Positions 10,267-20,816 of a stretch of 64,000 bases of DNA are shown here, one piece after another. This DNA comes from Thecamonas trahens ATCC 50062. Its lineage: Eukaryota > Protista > Apusomonadida. A model generated the notes under the pieces. It ran no database searches. It had not been told where the DNA came from and saw nothing but the letters and a program-made list of their open reading frames with translations. How positions within the stretch are numbered: position 1 is the first letter of the stretch; every line of letters starts with the position of its first letter. The position numbers and the translations under genes are program-made. Location of the stretch: assembly GCF_000142905.1 (NCBI RefSeq), contig NW_013657660.1, positions 1 through 64,000 on the forward strand, given 5' to 3'.

Positions 10267-11952
10267 TCACATGCGGAGCGTGCCTGTTGCCCAGAGCACC
10301 GACGCGATGCTGCCGACCACCCCGAGATGAAGGAGCATCCACGGCAGCCAAAGGGTCTCCAACCGCTGCGGCCCAGCTCCTCCTTCTGCATGCTCGGCAT
10401 CGAGCGCATCAAACGCTTCGAGCTCGGCGTCAATACCAGCGTCAGCGGCCGCAATGTCGTCGGCGCTCAGCCGAATCCATGTCCGGCTGTGAGTTGGCAA
10501 GACGTTGTGGTTGCCGTGCCAAAAGTTGTGCATGTCGACCTCGTTCTTGATGGCTGCCAGCCGCCCGCTTGGCCCACTCCGCCATCGAGCACCGGACTCG
10601 TCACCGTCGGTGTTGGCGTATCCTTGCGGTGCCTCCCGGTTGTATGCCACCGTTTCTGCATGCTGTGCAACGCGATGTGCCCAGGCTCGTGCAGCCCCAG
10701 AGAGCTTGTCGCTCTCGGCACTCTCCTCCCACGTCGCGATGCCGTGCATCTCCAGCCCAGCTGACCGCAGCGGCCATGCCGTCTCGCCGTCGGCGACTCG
10801 CGCCACTGCGCCACCAAGCGGCACGAGCTCGATCGACGCGGTGGCGCCAACCAAATATTGGGCTGCAGTGCTGGCCAGCTCGGCGAGACCAGTTGCAAAA
10901 GCGTCAGCGCTCGCCGTCACACAGCCTGTGTCGAGGAACGTCGACGCCGACCAACGGTAGTGCTTGCCGTGCGGGTTGCCGGCATCAAACATCGCGTTGA
11001 GCTCTCGCGGCGAGACCACCGTGTCAAGCGTCAGCTCGCCGCCGAGCTCGATCAGCGCACCAACATACCGCCCGAGACTCGCCGAGGCAAGCCCGCGAGC
11101 GGCCACGCCGTCGTCCATGCAGCCGATGGCAACGAGGACCACGCCCTGTGAGAGCACAAACGTGTATGGCACAACAGTGTCTGGCGCCGCCTCTGACGAG
11201 TGCGGGTCGACCCAGCCAGCAACAAGCCGAAGCACGCCCGCAAGCGACTCCATCGGCAGCGTAACCATGACGAGACCAGCCTTGCCCAGCTGCACCGTCG
11301 AAAATGCAAACTGGGTGACAATGCCAAAGTTGCCGCCGCCGCCTTGCAGCGCCCACAGCAGTTCGTCGCGAGGTATCTCCGGCTCGGTCTCGTCGCCGGT
11401 ATGCTCCAGCACGCCAAGGCCGACGACATCGCCACCGACGAGCACCATCTGCGCGCCCACGATAGCATCAGCGGTCAGTCCCGCGCGGCGTGCAAGCCAT
11501 CCAACACCGCCGCCCAATGCAAGACCACCCACTCCGGTGTGAGAGATGAGGCCAGCCGGAACGGTCACCCCATGCGGCTCCAACACACGATCAACATCCG
11601 CCCATGTAGCCCCGCCGCCGACAAGCACCGTGCCCGGCCCTGAACTTCCGATCTTCACATCCACCAGCTCGCGCAGATCAATACACACGCTTCCTTCGGC
11701 CACACACAGTCCGCGCACCGAGTGCCCGCCTCCGCGGACAGTCACTGCCACGCCCAGCGACCACAGCGCGCTGACCACCGCCGCCACCTCGTCTGCAGAC
11801 TGCGGCACCACCACGCACGCCGGCCTCACATCCACTGCCGCATTCCAAACTCGCCGGTAGCCATCATACTCGCTTCCATGTGCCGTCACCACCTTGCATC
11901 CCGTCTCATGTAGCTTCCGTAGCACTCTCTCCGCCAGCTCAGCCTCTGCCAT
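10267..11952 (-). CDS. FAD-linked oxidoreductase (FAD_binding_4 + BBE domain) with hydrophobic C-terminal tail
   Basis: RPACVVVP, VRGGGHS, TGVGGLALGGGVG, WALQGGGGNFGIVT, RLAAIKNEVDMHNFW. Confidence 0.9.
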   Translation of the reverse strand: MAEAELAERVLRKLHETGCKVVTAHGSEYDGYRRVWNAAVDVRPACVVVPQSADEVAAVVSALWSLGVAVTVRGGGHSVRGLCVAEGSVCIDLRELVDVKIGSSGPGTVLVGGGATWADVDRVLEPHGVTVPAGLISHTGVGGLALGGGVGWLARRAGLTADAIVGAQMVLVGGDVVGLGVLEHTGDETEPEIPRDELLWALQGGGGNFGIVTQFAFSTVQLGKAGLVMVTLPMESLAGVLRLVAGWVDPHSSEAAPDTVVPYTFVLSQGVVLVAIGCMDDGVAARGLASASLGRYVGALIELGGELTLDTVVSPRELNAMFDAGNPHGKHYRWSASTFLDTGCVTASADAFATGLAELASTAAQYLVGATASIELVPLGGAVARVADGETAWPLRSAGLEMHGIATWEESAESDKLSGAARAWAHRVAQHAETVAYNREAPQGYANTDGDESGARWRSGPSGRLAAIKNEVDMHNFWHGNHNVLPTHSRTWIRLSADDIAAADAGIDAELEAFDALDAEHAEGGAGPQRLETLWLPWMLLHLGVVGSIASVLWATGTLRM

Positions 11953-12295
11953 GCCGAACTCTGTCAGGTGTTGTCGGCTGGCAGGGCGCAGCGACCATGA
12001 CCCAGGAGCCGGTCCCCAAGCCCGTCACGTCCTCACGCCCACACACACACACACATACACACACACTCGACCTCAAACTCAACCACACACGCACATACGC
12101 ATATACATCACATCACACTGCGCTGCATGTCGGAACCAGGTACGGCCTCTCTCTCCTTCTCCTCACCGCTCGCTTTCCATACACTGCCGCTCAGACTCAC
12201 GCACAGGGCGTGGGAGAACAGACGGCGACCATGGACCGCCGCCGCTGCCGCCGCTGGCAGCCAAGGAGCAGAACCTACACTCGCGACTGGATGCT

Positions 12296-14674
12296 ATGGA
12301 AGCAGACATGGAGCACATCCTAGCTCTTGTTGAGGGCTCGGGAAAGCTTCCTGCTTCGCCTCCTCAGTCCAAGGCTGCTGACCCGCCTACCGTCACCGCG
12401 AATGATTCCGACGACGAGTTTGCTGCTGCCTTTGGCGAGGGCTTCTCGGACGACGACAGCAGCCAGAATGGCGACCAGGATGGCGACCAGGATGGCGACC
12501 AAAGTGGGGACCAAGGTGGCGACCAAGATGGCGACCAGGATAGCGACCAGGATGGCGACCAAGGTCGGGTCCAAGGTGGCGACCAAGATGGCGACCAGGA
12601 TAGCGACCAGGATGGCGACCAAGGTCGGGTCCAAGGTGGCGACCAAGATGGCGACCAGGATAGCGACAAAGGTGGCGACCAAGATGGTGAAGACGACCTA
12701 GGCAAGGTGTACAGCGACAACGACGTCGGCAATGTAGGCAGTGAAGACGACGAAGTGATCCGCATCGACGATCACAAGCCTGACCTTCCGTCTTCTCCCC
12801 ATCCTGTGGCTGACCCTCCTATTGAGGTCGGTGGTGACGACGATGACGATCTGTTTGAAGCTGCTTTTGGTGACGACTTTGACTCTGCTGTCGAGACAGG
12901 CTCCGCCCCCAACCCAGGCACCGGCCCGTCTGCAGACGCCAACGCCGACGCCGACACCGACGCCGATGCCGAAGCTGCCGGGGCAATGTTTGCCTCCGCG
13001 TTTGAAGCGTCGGTCGTTGACACCCCGACCCGCAAGATGCAGATCTCCATCGACCGCAAGCGTAGCAGCGAAAAGATGGACTCAATCCTGGCTTCGTTCG
13101 ACGAGGCCTTTCCCTCGCCCACACCCTCTATCCACGAGACCCAGGCCTGGCCAGCATCGCCTGTTGCCGGCGCCACTGAAGCCACTGGCAACGATGACGG
13201 CTTTGGTGCCAATGACGGCTTTGGCGCCGCCTTTGATGCCGCCTTTGACGACTTTGACCTCGATACCACACCCGACGCCAAGGGCAAGAAGGGCAAGGGC
13301 AAGAGCAAGAGCAAGCTGCAAAACACCGCATCGATTGACTCGCTGTTGCAGAACCTTGACGACGATGACGCTGCACATGACGACGACGACGACGGTCTCG
13401 ACGAGACTTGGGCGCCCGAGCGCGACGGCAGCGCCTCCTCTGATGGCGGCGACGTCATCGACGACGGCGTCGACCCGCTTGCCGCCCTCCTCTCCACCAT
13501 GGAAGACGACCGCGAACTTGATGCCGCCCTTGACAAGGGCAAGGACGAGGCCGACTCCGTATCTGGTCCAGACACGCCGGCGGCGGCCCAGCCGGAGCCG
13601 ATCTCGCTCGCCAGCACGCCACGCAGCGAGAAGACGGTGGTTAAGGTTCCTGCTGCGCTCATCGACGCCTATGCTCACATGCAGGACTCGGCGCGCAAGA
13701 CCATGGCCGCCGCCAAAGACCTCTACCTCCGCGACTTGGAGCGCTACGAGAAGCTTGGTGACCAGGTTCCGGCCATCAAGCTCATCAAGCCCAAGACGTA
13801 TGCACACCGACTGGCTCTGGCGCTGCGGTCGTGCGGCAAGTCGGCCCGGTTCGTGGCCAAGACCAAGGGCGCAGCCATCTCGCTCAAGTTTCTCGAGTCG
13901 GACAAGCGCCTCGGCAAGTTCAACGAGAACAACACCAAGCTTGTCCGTGTTGTCCGCCGCATGGTCGTCAAGGCTGCCGGCGACGAAACCTACGACCACA
14001 TGTCGCCCGCCCTCGACACCCTGGCCTCGGCCGTCGACGCTTACGCCACCACTGTCTCGGCCTTTATCGCCTCGGCCGGCGGCGCAACCGTCACCCCGAT
14101 GGACGCCACCACGGAAGCCCACACCCACGCCGTGGTCGACGTCGCCAACGCCTACACCTCCGTCCTCAACTCGGCCGAGCTCGCCTGGTCGCTCGACGAG
14201 TCCCATGTTGTGCCCAAGCTCCTCTCGCTCGCCGAGGCGCACGCCGGCGCCGCTCCCGGTGCCCCTGTTCCCCGGCTCCCGCACAACGCCGACGACGTCT
14301 CGTCATCTAACTCGGCCGACGCCAACGCCGATGCCGACGCCGGTAACGACGCCGCCGACGATCAGGACCCACAGGCCCAAGCCGGAAATGACGTCCCGCT
14401 CGAGACCCTGGCCTCGCCTAACACCCGCCGCCGTCGCCGACCCAAGTCGTCCCGTCACTCCCGCCCTCTGCGCCGTGACTCGGACGCCTACTCGGCCTCC
14501 GCCTCGTGCGACGACAACCCCAAGGCCGCCGCCGATCTTTCTGATGCCTCTTCTGTCGCCTCCTCCGTCTCGGCGGGCAACGCAGCTCCCAACACCACTT
14601 CCGCCAACACCGCTGCCGCCACCACTCCTGCTAGTGGCAGCAATGGCGGTGGTGGCTGCTGCATCATCCTCTGA
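12296..14674 (+). CDS. Acidic low-complexity protein with central helical domain and C-terminal CaaX (CCIIL); start uncertain
   Basis: Long ORF with coding codon bias; ends GGGGCCIIL*; the annotated ORF start (11894) overlaps the upstream gene, so the first plausible in-frame ATG was used. Confidence 0.7.
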   Translation: MEADMEHILALVEGSGKLPASPPQSKAADPPTVTANDSDDEFAAAFGEGFSDDDSSQNGDQDGDQDGDQSGDQGGDQDGDQDSDQDGDQGRVQGGDQDGDQDSDQDGDQGRVQGGDQDGDQDSDKGGDQDGEDDLGKVYSDNDVGNVGSEDDEVIRIDDHKPDLPSSPHPVADPPIEVGGDDDDDLFEAAFGDDFDSAVETGSAPNPGTGPSADANADADTDADAEAAGAMFASAFEASVVDTPTRKMQISIDRKRSSEKMDSILASFDEAFPSPTPSIHETQAWPASPVAGATEATGNDDGFGANDGFGAAFDAAFDDFDLDTTPDAKGKKGKGKSKSKLQNTASIDSLLQNLDDDDAAHDDDDDGLDETWAPERDGSASSDGGDVIDDGVDPLAALLSTMEDDRELDAALDKGKDEADSVSGPDTPAAAQPEPISLASTPRSEKTVVKVPAALIDAYAHMQDSARKTMAAAKDLYLRDLERYEKLGDQVPAIKLIKPKTYAHRLALALRSCGKSARFVAKTKGAAISLKFLESDKRLGKFNENNTKLVRVVRRMVVKAAGDETYDHMSPALDTLASAVDAYATTVSAFIASAGGATVTPMDATTEAHTHAVVDVANAYTSVLNSAELAWSLDESHVVPKLLSLAEAHAGAAPGAPVPRLPHNADDVSSSNSADANADADAGNDAADDQDPQAQAGNDVPLETLASPNTRRRRRPKSSRHSRPLRRDSDAYSASASCDDNPKAAADLSDASSVASSVSAGNAAPNTTSANTAAATTPASGSNGGGGCCIIL
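12469..12687 (+). repeat. Coding minisatellite, 12-bp unit (GGCGACCARGAT) with 60-bp higher-order repeat, encoding (DGDQ)n
   Basis: Lines 12541 and 12601 are identical 60-mers. Confidence 0.92.
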
Positions 14675-15000
14675 TCCTCACCTAAACTCCCGCCCAATCC
14701 CTCGCCCGCCCGCCACCGCCGGTCCGCCACCGCCGGTCTGCCCCTGCCGGTCCGCCCCCGCGCCCGCCGCAGACAAGCAGCCACCCCACCCCCCCCGCCA
14801 ACCACCTCCACCCCTGCCTCCCCCATCCGATTGATCTCAAAGCGGAATTTGTCGAACTTAAAATGGTCACTGATGGCATATATCCCCAGCCCTTTTCGTA
14901 GCGAGTATCTCGCCTAATTCCCTTTATAAATAACAACCTATTTCATACATAGTGTAGGGCGATTTACCTCATCTCATTTTTAGAATGGCTGTCTGCTCCT

Positions 15001-15100
15001 NNNNNNNNNNNNNNNNNNNNNNNNNNNNNNNNNNNNNNNNNNNNNNNNNNNNNNNNNNNNNNNNNNNNNNNNNNNNNNNNNNNNNNNNNNNNNNNNNNNN
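15001..15100. other. Assembly gap
   Basis: 100 N. Confidence 0.99.
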
Positions 15101-15157
15101 CCCACACCACACACACACACATACACATACACACACATACATATACACATATACACG

Positions 15158-15721
15158 ATGAGCATCCACGCCTCGTACGCCCCATCCCCGCCCCGTCCCT
15201 GCGGCCGTGGCAATGGCCGTCAGTTTGGCGCCACTTCCCCCCCTCCCGCCCCCCCTACCCCCCCCCCCCCCCTCCCCCTCTCGCCAACTCACCCACCCGC
15301 CGTACTATGACACAGACTCCTGGGCAAGCGGTACATGGCGACAATGTTGCACCTTGTGGCCATTCTGTGTGCGTTTTACTCGTTGCAAAACAATGTGCGG
15401 GCGGCGCTGCCGGTCAACTACAAGCAGTCCGAGTACAACAAGAAGATGGACGAGGCTATGATCTCGTGGGGTCTGGCCATGGCGTTTATTGCTGCAGAGC
15501 TGGTCCTCATGATTGCTGGCTTCTCGCTCTTCTACGCTCTCCTCGCTGTCTTTGATATCTTTGTCCACGTCGTCGGCACCATCACTGTTGTCTTCTTTAT
15601 TGCCAACGAGTGGCACGTCCACACCCTCTGGTACATCTTCATTCTCACCGTGCTCATCCCGCTGCTGGCAGAGCTCGCCGCTGTTCTCTCCATCGTCATC
15701 TTTCGTCGCCGTCCGTTCTAG
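15158..15721 (+). CDS. TMEM107: Ciliary transition-zone protein TMEM107; join(15158..15174,15316..15721)
   Basis: NVRAALP..SEY, GFSLF, WYIFIL..PLLAEL, C-terminal RRRPF; GTACGC..CAG intron 15175-15315 restores MSIHASLLGKRYMAT. Confidence 0.88.
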
Positions 15722-15728
15722 ACTTCGC

Positions 15729-17282
15729 TTAAACATCGGCCGCTGCTCCTGCCTCATACCCCGCGAGCGTGATCGAGACCGGAACGCTGCGGGCTACCGC
15801 GTTCTGGCTCAACACCGCCTCTACCTTGGCAGCCTGCGACTCATACTCGCCTGAGAGCAAGCTGATCCACTCGCTCGCCGCCGCCGCGTCGCCGGCGCTA
15901 ATCAGCCCAAGCACAAGCCCGACCCCACCAGCCAGCCGCTCGCCAAAAACGGCAGCGTCCCACGAGATCCACTTGCGCGATGCCGGCGCCCGAAGAATCT
16001 GCGCGTGCGCCACAACCACAACCTCGCTCGTTTCTTCGCCAGAGCTTGCCTTCTTGCTGTCTGGTGCCAGACCACTCACCACCGAGAGCGCCTGCACCCG
16101 GAACAGCCAGCCAAGGACGGCTGTGTGCGCCGCGGCGCTCGCTCCCGCGTCTCCGTCCGCAAGCAGCAGCCGCAGCGACCGCAGCGTGTTGATGACAAAG
16201 GTGGCGACGAGCGAGGCCCACCGGGTCCGCGGCGCATGCTGGCGTGCCACGTACAGGCCGAGCAGCAGGCCCTTCAGCTCTTCCAGCACCAGCGCCGACT
16301 CGCCGAGTGCGCCCTCGACAGACTCGAGCGAGTGCTCGTCTACAACCAGCACCGCCGGGCCGAGAGCGTACGCAACCTGCCGCGCCGCCACCAAGTACAC
16401 CAAGTCGTCGAGCTTTGGCTGCGGGAGTCCTGGCTCGGCAATCAGCGCCGCCAGCGGCGCTGCCACCCGTGCATGCACCGCCGCCGCCACATTGCCCAAA
16501 ACCAGCGCCACCGCGCCGCGCGTCGATCGCACCACGGCCTCGCATGGCAGGTTGAGCGCCAGCGGCGGCGGCGCTCTTGGATCGAGGCCGGCGAGCATGA
16601 CCACGTTGACCACACGGATGCAGACCTGCGGGAGTCGGAGCAGCGCCGCGCCAGCCTCCACGCCCGGCAGCTCGGCGTTGAGCGCTGACCAGCCGTCGAG
16701 AGCACCCACCACGATCCGAGTCGCTGCTGCATCGTACACGCCCGTGGCGCACAGCCATGCCGTCTTGCACACCCCGCCGCCCATCTCGGCCCTGGTCACG
16801 TACGGGCCGAGCGCGACAACCAGTGGTGCGCCAGCCGTCACTCCGCTCGCCATCCACTCCATCCACATCTCCTCCGAGACCCGGTAGTGGTTACTCAGCA
16901 GCGCGTCCGCACGCGCCTTGAGATACTCGCCCGCCAGACTGCCACCGCCCAGCGCCAGCTCGTGCGCCGCAGCCTTGACCGCCAGCGCCAGCGCCTCCAC
17001 CTCTTCCAGCGCAGCCTCGGGATACGGCACAGCCTCCAGCCGGCCATCGCCCGCCCTCGCCACCACCGTCACCGGCGACTCGAGCCCATGCCGCAGCCCA
17101 GCATCCGCCTCGGCCAGTGCTGCCTCCATCTCCGTCGTCTTCACCTCCATCTGCTTTTCCGCCACAGCCCGGTTCGCCGTCTCCATAACGTCCGCCACTC
17201 CCGCCAGTGCCTCTACCGTACGCCACTCGGCCTCGCTCAGTGCTCTCCGGTCTGCACGGACATGCACACACACCTCCGCCAT
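15729..17282 (-). CDS. Peptidase M49 (DPP III / NUDT3-type)-like protein, probably catalytically inactive
   Basis: YLKARADALLSNHY, ALGPY, ALNLP..RG..LVLGNV and LEELKG match the family; the HExxH position reads RQVAY. Confidence 0.75.
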   Translation of the reverse strand: MAEVCVHVRADRRALSEAEWRTVEALAGVADVMETANRAVAEKQMEVKTTEMEAALAEADAGLRHGLESPVTVVARAGDGRLEAVPYPEAALEEVEALALAVKAAAHELALGGGSLAGEYLKARADALLSNHYRVSEEMWMEWMASGVTAGAPLVVALGPYVTRAEMGGGVCKTAWLCATGVYDAAATRIVVGALDGWSALNAELPGVEAGAALLRLPQVCIRVVNVVMLAGLDPRAPPPLALNLPCEAVVRSTRGAVALVLGNVAAAVHARVAAPLAALIAEPGLPQPKLDDLVYLVAARQVAYALGPAVLVVDEHSLESVEGALGESALVLEELKGLLLGLYVARQHAPRTRWASLVATFVINTLRSLRLLLADGDAGASAAAHTAVLGWLFRVQALSVVSGLAPDSKKASSGEETSEVVVVAHAQILRAPASRKWISWDAAVFGERLAGGVGLVLGLISAGDAAAASEWISLLSGEYESQAAKVEAVLSQNAVARSVPVSITLAGYEAGAAADV

Positions 17283-17313
17283 CCCGCTCCGTCCGTGTCT
17301 CTACCCTCTCTCT

Positions 17314-17323
17314 GAGTCACGTG
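17314..17323 (-). promoter_or_regulatory. CACGTGACTC motif ~31 bp upstream of ATG 17282
   Basis: Exact repeat of the 10-mer at 9622 and 29206. Confidence 0.55.
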
Positions 17324-18045
17324 CCACAGCCCGCGCCCAAGCTCGGTCCGACTGGCTCTGCCTCCGCCTCGGCCTCGTTCGGCGTGCCTGCCGCCGCTGG
17401 TCCAACCGATCGCAACGATTATTGCTTGTGGCACGTTATCGATGACACCAAGACAACACACTTTGCCCTCGCCACCATGACAGCCTCTGATTCACCAAGT
17501 GATCTGTTGATGTGGTCCATGCCGTAGCTTGGGCCATGCCGCACTCGTTGTTGTCTGGTGTGGTGTGGTCATTGTGGCCGTGTATCGTCCAACTGGACTC
17601 ATCTGAAATCAAGCCAAACTCAACCCAAGTACATGATCAACGATTCTAATCAGGTCACCCTTTACCTCTGCGGTCTCAACCTATGATCGAGCTGCCTATT
17701 CTTACCGCAACTTCCCCCCTCCCCCCCCTACACACACATCTCCTCCTAATCCAACTCCATCTACCCCCTTTGTCATCCCTTCATCCGCCGACTTGATTAT
17801 TCCCTCCCTCTCCCCACCCCCCAAACTCAGTCATCGTTCACGATCCCACGACGGCCCCCCTCTCCCCCCCTCCCCCCCCCCTCTCTCCCGATCACCACCC
17901 CCGATGAACCCCCTTCCCCCACCGATCATCACTCCACAGCCTCCTCGCTTCAGCTCAATGTACGCCACCACGAGTCAGGGACATATGCTCTCGCCGGCAC
18001 ACTCAACTCAAAGTGAGCCGACAACTGGCGAGGTCAGCAGAAGCC

Positions 18046-19596
18046 ATGGTGAGACGGCGCAAGGTGAGCGAGGTCGAGTACCACGAGGAAGACGGCATGG
18101 GAAGGTTGGGCAAAGACAAAGATGAGGAGAAGCAGCTGGGAGGAGCAGACTCGCTGATGGAGGTGGTGGTGGGCGACGGGCGTGCTTTCTGGCTCCTTGT
18201 GCTCCTCTACGCGGCCCAAGGTGCGCCGCTGGGCATCACCATGGGCTCGCTCTCGTTTCTGCTGAAGAAGTCGTTTTCGTTCTCATCCATGGGGCTCTTC
18301 TCCATCGCCATGTATCCGTACTCGCTTAAGGTCCTCTGGGCTCCGCTGGTTGATGCCTTCTTTGTCCCGGTTTTCGGCCGCCGCAAGACATGGATCGTGC
18401 CCATGCAGACCATCTCCGGCTTGATCATGATCGCCCTCTCGTACTACACTCCGCTCATTGTCCTTGTCGACGGTCCGCATCCACACTCGGCCGATTCGCT
18501 GGCGTCGCTTCCACCGGGCGCAGCATCGATGACCACGCTTGTTGCTGTCTTCTTTGTCCTGGTCGTCGTCACCGCCACACAGGATATTGCCGTCGACGGT
18601 TGGGCGCTCACCCGCCTCGCGCCGCGCAACCGGTCGTACGCCTCGACCTGCCAGTCGATTGGGCTCAACATCGGGTTCTTTGTCTCGTTCACCGTCTTTC
18701 TCGCCCTCCACTCGCCAGAGTTCTGCAACGCGTACCTGCGCTCCTCGCTCACCGCCGATCCGCACTACGGGCTGTGGACCCTTTCGGGCTACCTGTTCTT
18801 TGTGGGCATGGCATACCTCGCCGTGACTGCGGTCCTGGTGCTCTTTGTCACCGAGGACGACGATCCCGAGGGCGCAGCCAGTGTCGGGGCCTCAGGCATG
18901 GCGGCAGCAATGGACATCTACCGGGTCTTCCTCGCCCTGGCCAAGTCGCGGAACTTCCTCCGCCTTGTCGCCGTTCTCCTCCTTGTCAAGATCGGCTTTG
19001 TGGCCGACGATGCCATCACCCCGCTCAAGCTCATGGAGGCAGGGTTCAAGACCGAGGACCTGGCTCTGGTCGCTGTCATCGCCTTTCCCTTCTCGATCGT
19101 CTTTGCCATGCTTGCCGGCCGATGGGCGTCGGGCCCGAATCCGTTCCGCCTCTTTGTGGTTGCCTGGCTCGTCCGCATTGGCTTGGTCTTTGTCGACGGT
19201 GCCGTCGTCGCCTACTATCCGCTTCTCTCCCAGCCCGACGGCTCGGCTGGCACTGCGCTCTACGTTCTGGTCGTACTCCTCTCGCTTGTCTCCTCGCTGG
19301 CGTCGTCGTTCATGTTTGTCGTCATGTGCGGCTGGTTTGCCCGCATCGCCGATCCGCGAGTTGGCGGCACCATCCTCACTGCCCTCAACACCCTCTCCAA
19401 CCTCGGCGGAACGTGGCCCAAGCCCATCGCCATGGCCGGCGTCGACATGCTCTCCATCCCGGGCTTGGTCGATGGCTACTACGTCGTCCTCTTTGGCTCT
19501 GCCCTCGCAGCCCTCGCAATCTTCTTTGCCTTTCTCCGCCCGCAGCTCTACTCGCTCTCTGCCCTCTCGCCCGACAGCTGGCGTGTCAATATGTAG
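18046..19596 (+). CDS. SLC33A1: Acetyl-CoA transporter 1 (MFS)
   Basis: LYAAQGAPLG, PYSLKVLWAPLVDA, GRRKTWIVP, ATQDIAVDGWALT, DPRVGGTILTALNTLSNLGGTWP. Confidence 0.93.
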   Translation: MVRRRKVSEVEYHEEDGMGRLGKDKDEEKQLGGADSLMEVVVGDGRAFWLLVLLYAAQGAPLGITMGSLSFLLKKSFSFSSMGLFSIAMYPYSLKVLWAPLVDAFFVPVFGRRKTWIVPMQTISGLIMIALSYYTPLIVLVDGPHPHSADSLASLPPGAASMTTLVAVFFVLVVVTATQDIAVDGWALTRLAPRNRSYASTCQSIGLNIGFFVSFTVFLALHSPEFCNAYLRSSLTADPHYGLWTLSGYLFFVGMAYLAVTAVLVLFVTEDDDPEGAASVGASGMAAAMDIYRVFLALAKSRNFLRLVAVLLLVKIGFVADDAITPLKLMEAGFKTEDLALVAVIAFPFSIVFAMLAGRWASGPNPFRLFVVAWLVRIGLVFVDGAVVAYYPLLSQPDGSAGTALYVLVVLLSLVSSLASSFMFVVMCGWFARIADPRVGGTILTALNTLSNLGGTWPKPIAMAGVDMLSIPGLVDGYYVVLFGSALAALAIFFAFLRPQLYSLSALSPDSWRVNM

Positions 19597-19700
19597 CCCG
19601 ATCAAGCCGCGATGCCATTACACCCCTCTCTCCACACCTGCTCTCCGCCGACCTCGGTGCTCTGCCGGGCCTGACCATCACCACTCGACTTGGCCTGGCC

Positions 19701-20816
19701 ATGGCCTCACTCGCCAACACGGCCCTCTTCACCGGGCTCGACCCGCTCAGCTGGACATACTTCCGGCTGCCTATAGCTAGCCTCTACACTGGGAGGAAGC
19801 AGGATGCAACCGCTGTCGGCGACGACGACCTGTGGAGCGTGAGCGTAGCTGGGCGGCTGGTCAAGGCTGCCGAGGTGACCGGCATGGTGGTTCAGGTTGC
19901 CCGCCGCGCCCGCCACACCCAGTACCTCATCGACGACGGAACAGGGTTGCTCCCGGTTGTGTGCTGGCTACCGGACGGTGTGGTCGATGCTGATGCCGAT
20001 CCAGATGCTCCGCGTGTGCTGGGCCTTGGCGAGAGTGTGGTGGCTCGCGGCCGGCTGAGCTCGTTCCGCGGCGATCTGCAGATGGTGGCAGACTCGGTGT
20101 ACGCGAGCTCTGATCCGCACGCAGAGGCCCTCTCGTGGCTGGTGGCGACGCAGCTCACTGTCGAGCGCTACACCAAGTCGTTTGAGCCGGCCCAGGTACT
20201 GGCCCCGGATCTCCTGGCGGCGGCGGCTGAGCTTGCATCGCGCCCGCCGCCGGCGCTCGGTCGTGAGATGGACCGGGAGCAGGGAGCTGTCGACGAGGGC
20301 GGCGAGGCCAGCGGCGACGAGCCGCCCCGCGATCCACAAGCGGTGTTTGCAGATGCTGTGCTAGGCGCTATTGCCGCGACCGGTACACGGTCGTACGCCG
20401 AGCTCCGCAGGCTGCCGGAGCTCAATGCGGCGGCTCAGGTTGCGCTGGCAGCGGTGCCGTCGACGGTCGAGGCGGCGACGCGGCTCAAGTCGCTGTTTGT
20501 GCGCACCTTGGCACGGCTCGTGAGCGACGGGCTCATCTTTCTCCAGGACGAGGATGCAGACGTGTACGAGGCTATCTCGGTGAGCCGCAACCTCGGGCCT
20601 GCGCTACTGGCGCTGGTGGCGGATGCGCGGAACCATGACGTGCGGCCGGGCGACGGCTCGGTGTCGGGCGTGACTGCATCTGCGCTGGTGAATCTTATTG
20701 CTGCCTCGCCGTCGTTCTGCAACGTGGCTCGGAGCAGAGTCTTTGACGCTATCGCGGTCCTTGTTGACGAGTCGTACATCTTTGAGTCTGCACCTCGTGT
20801 CTACGCCGCGCTGTAG
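19701..20816 (+). CDS. STN1: CST complex subunit STN1 (OB fold + winged helices)
   Basis: LFTGLDP, EVTGMVV, YLIDDGTGLLPVVCW, DPHAEALSW; the real ATG is 19701, within ORF 18390..20816. Confidence 0.82.
   Translation: MASLANTALFTGLDPLSWTYFRLPIASLYTGRKQDATAVGDDDLWSVSVAGRLVKAAEVTGMVVQVARRARHTQYLIDDGTGLLPVVCWLPDGVVDADADPDAPRVLGLGESVVARGRLSSFRGDLQMVADSVYASSDPHAEALSWLVATQLTVERYTKSFEPAQVLAPDLLAAAAELASRPPPALGREMDREQGAVDEGGEASGDEPPRDPQAVFADAVLGAIAATGTRSYAELRRLPELNAAAQVALAAVPSTVEAATRLKSLFVRTLARLVSDGLIFLQDEDADVYEAISVSRNLGPALLALVADARNHDVRPGDGSVSGVTASALVNLIAASPSFCNVARSRVFDAIAVLVDESYIFESAPRVYAAL

Noticed and set aside
18390-19700. N-terminal half of the 808-aa ORF as a fusion to STN1
   Set aside because: Off-frame overlap with SLC33A1; STN1 starts at 19701
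19701-20816. Telomere-protein gene STN1 located ~20 kb from a telomere
   Set aside because: No sequence evidence of a functional link; probably coincidence
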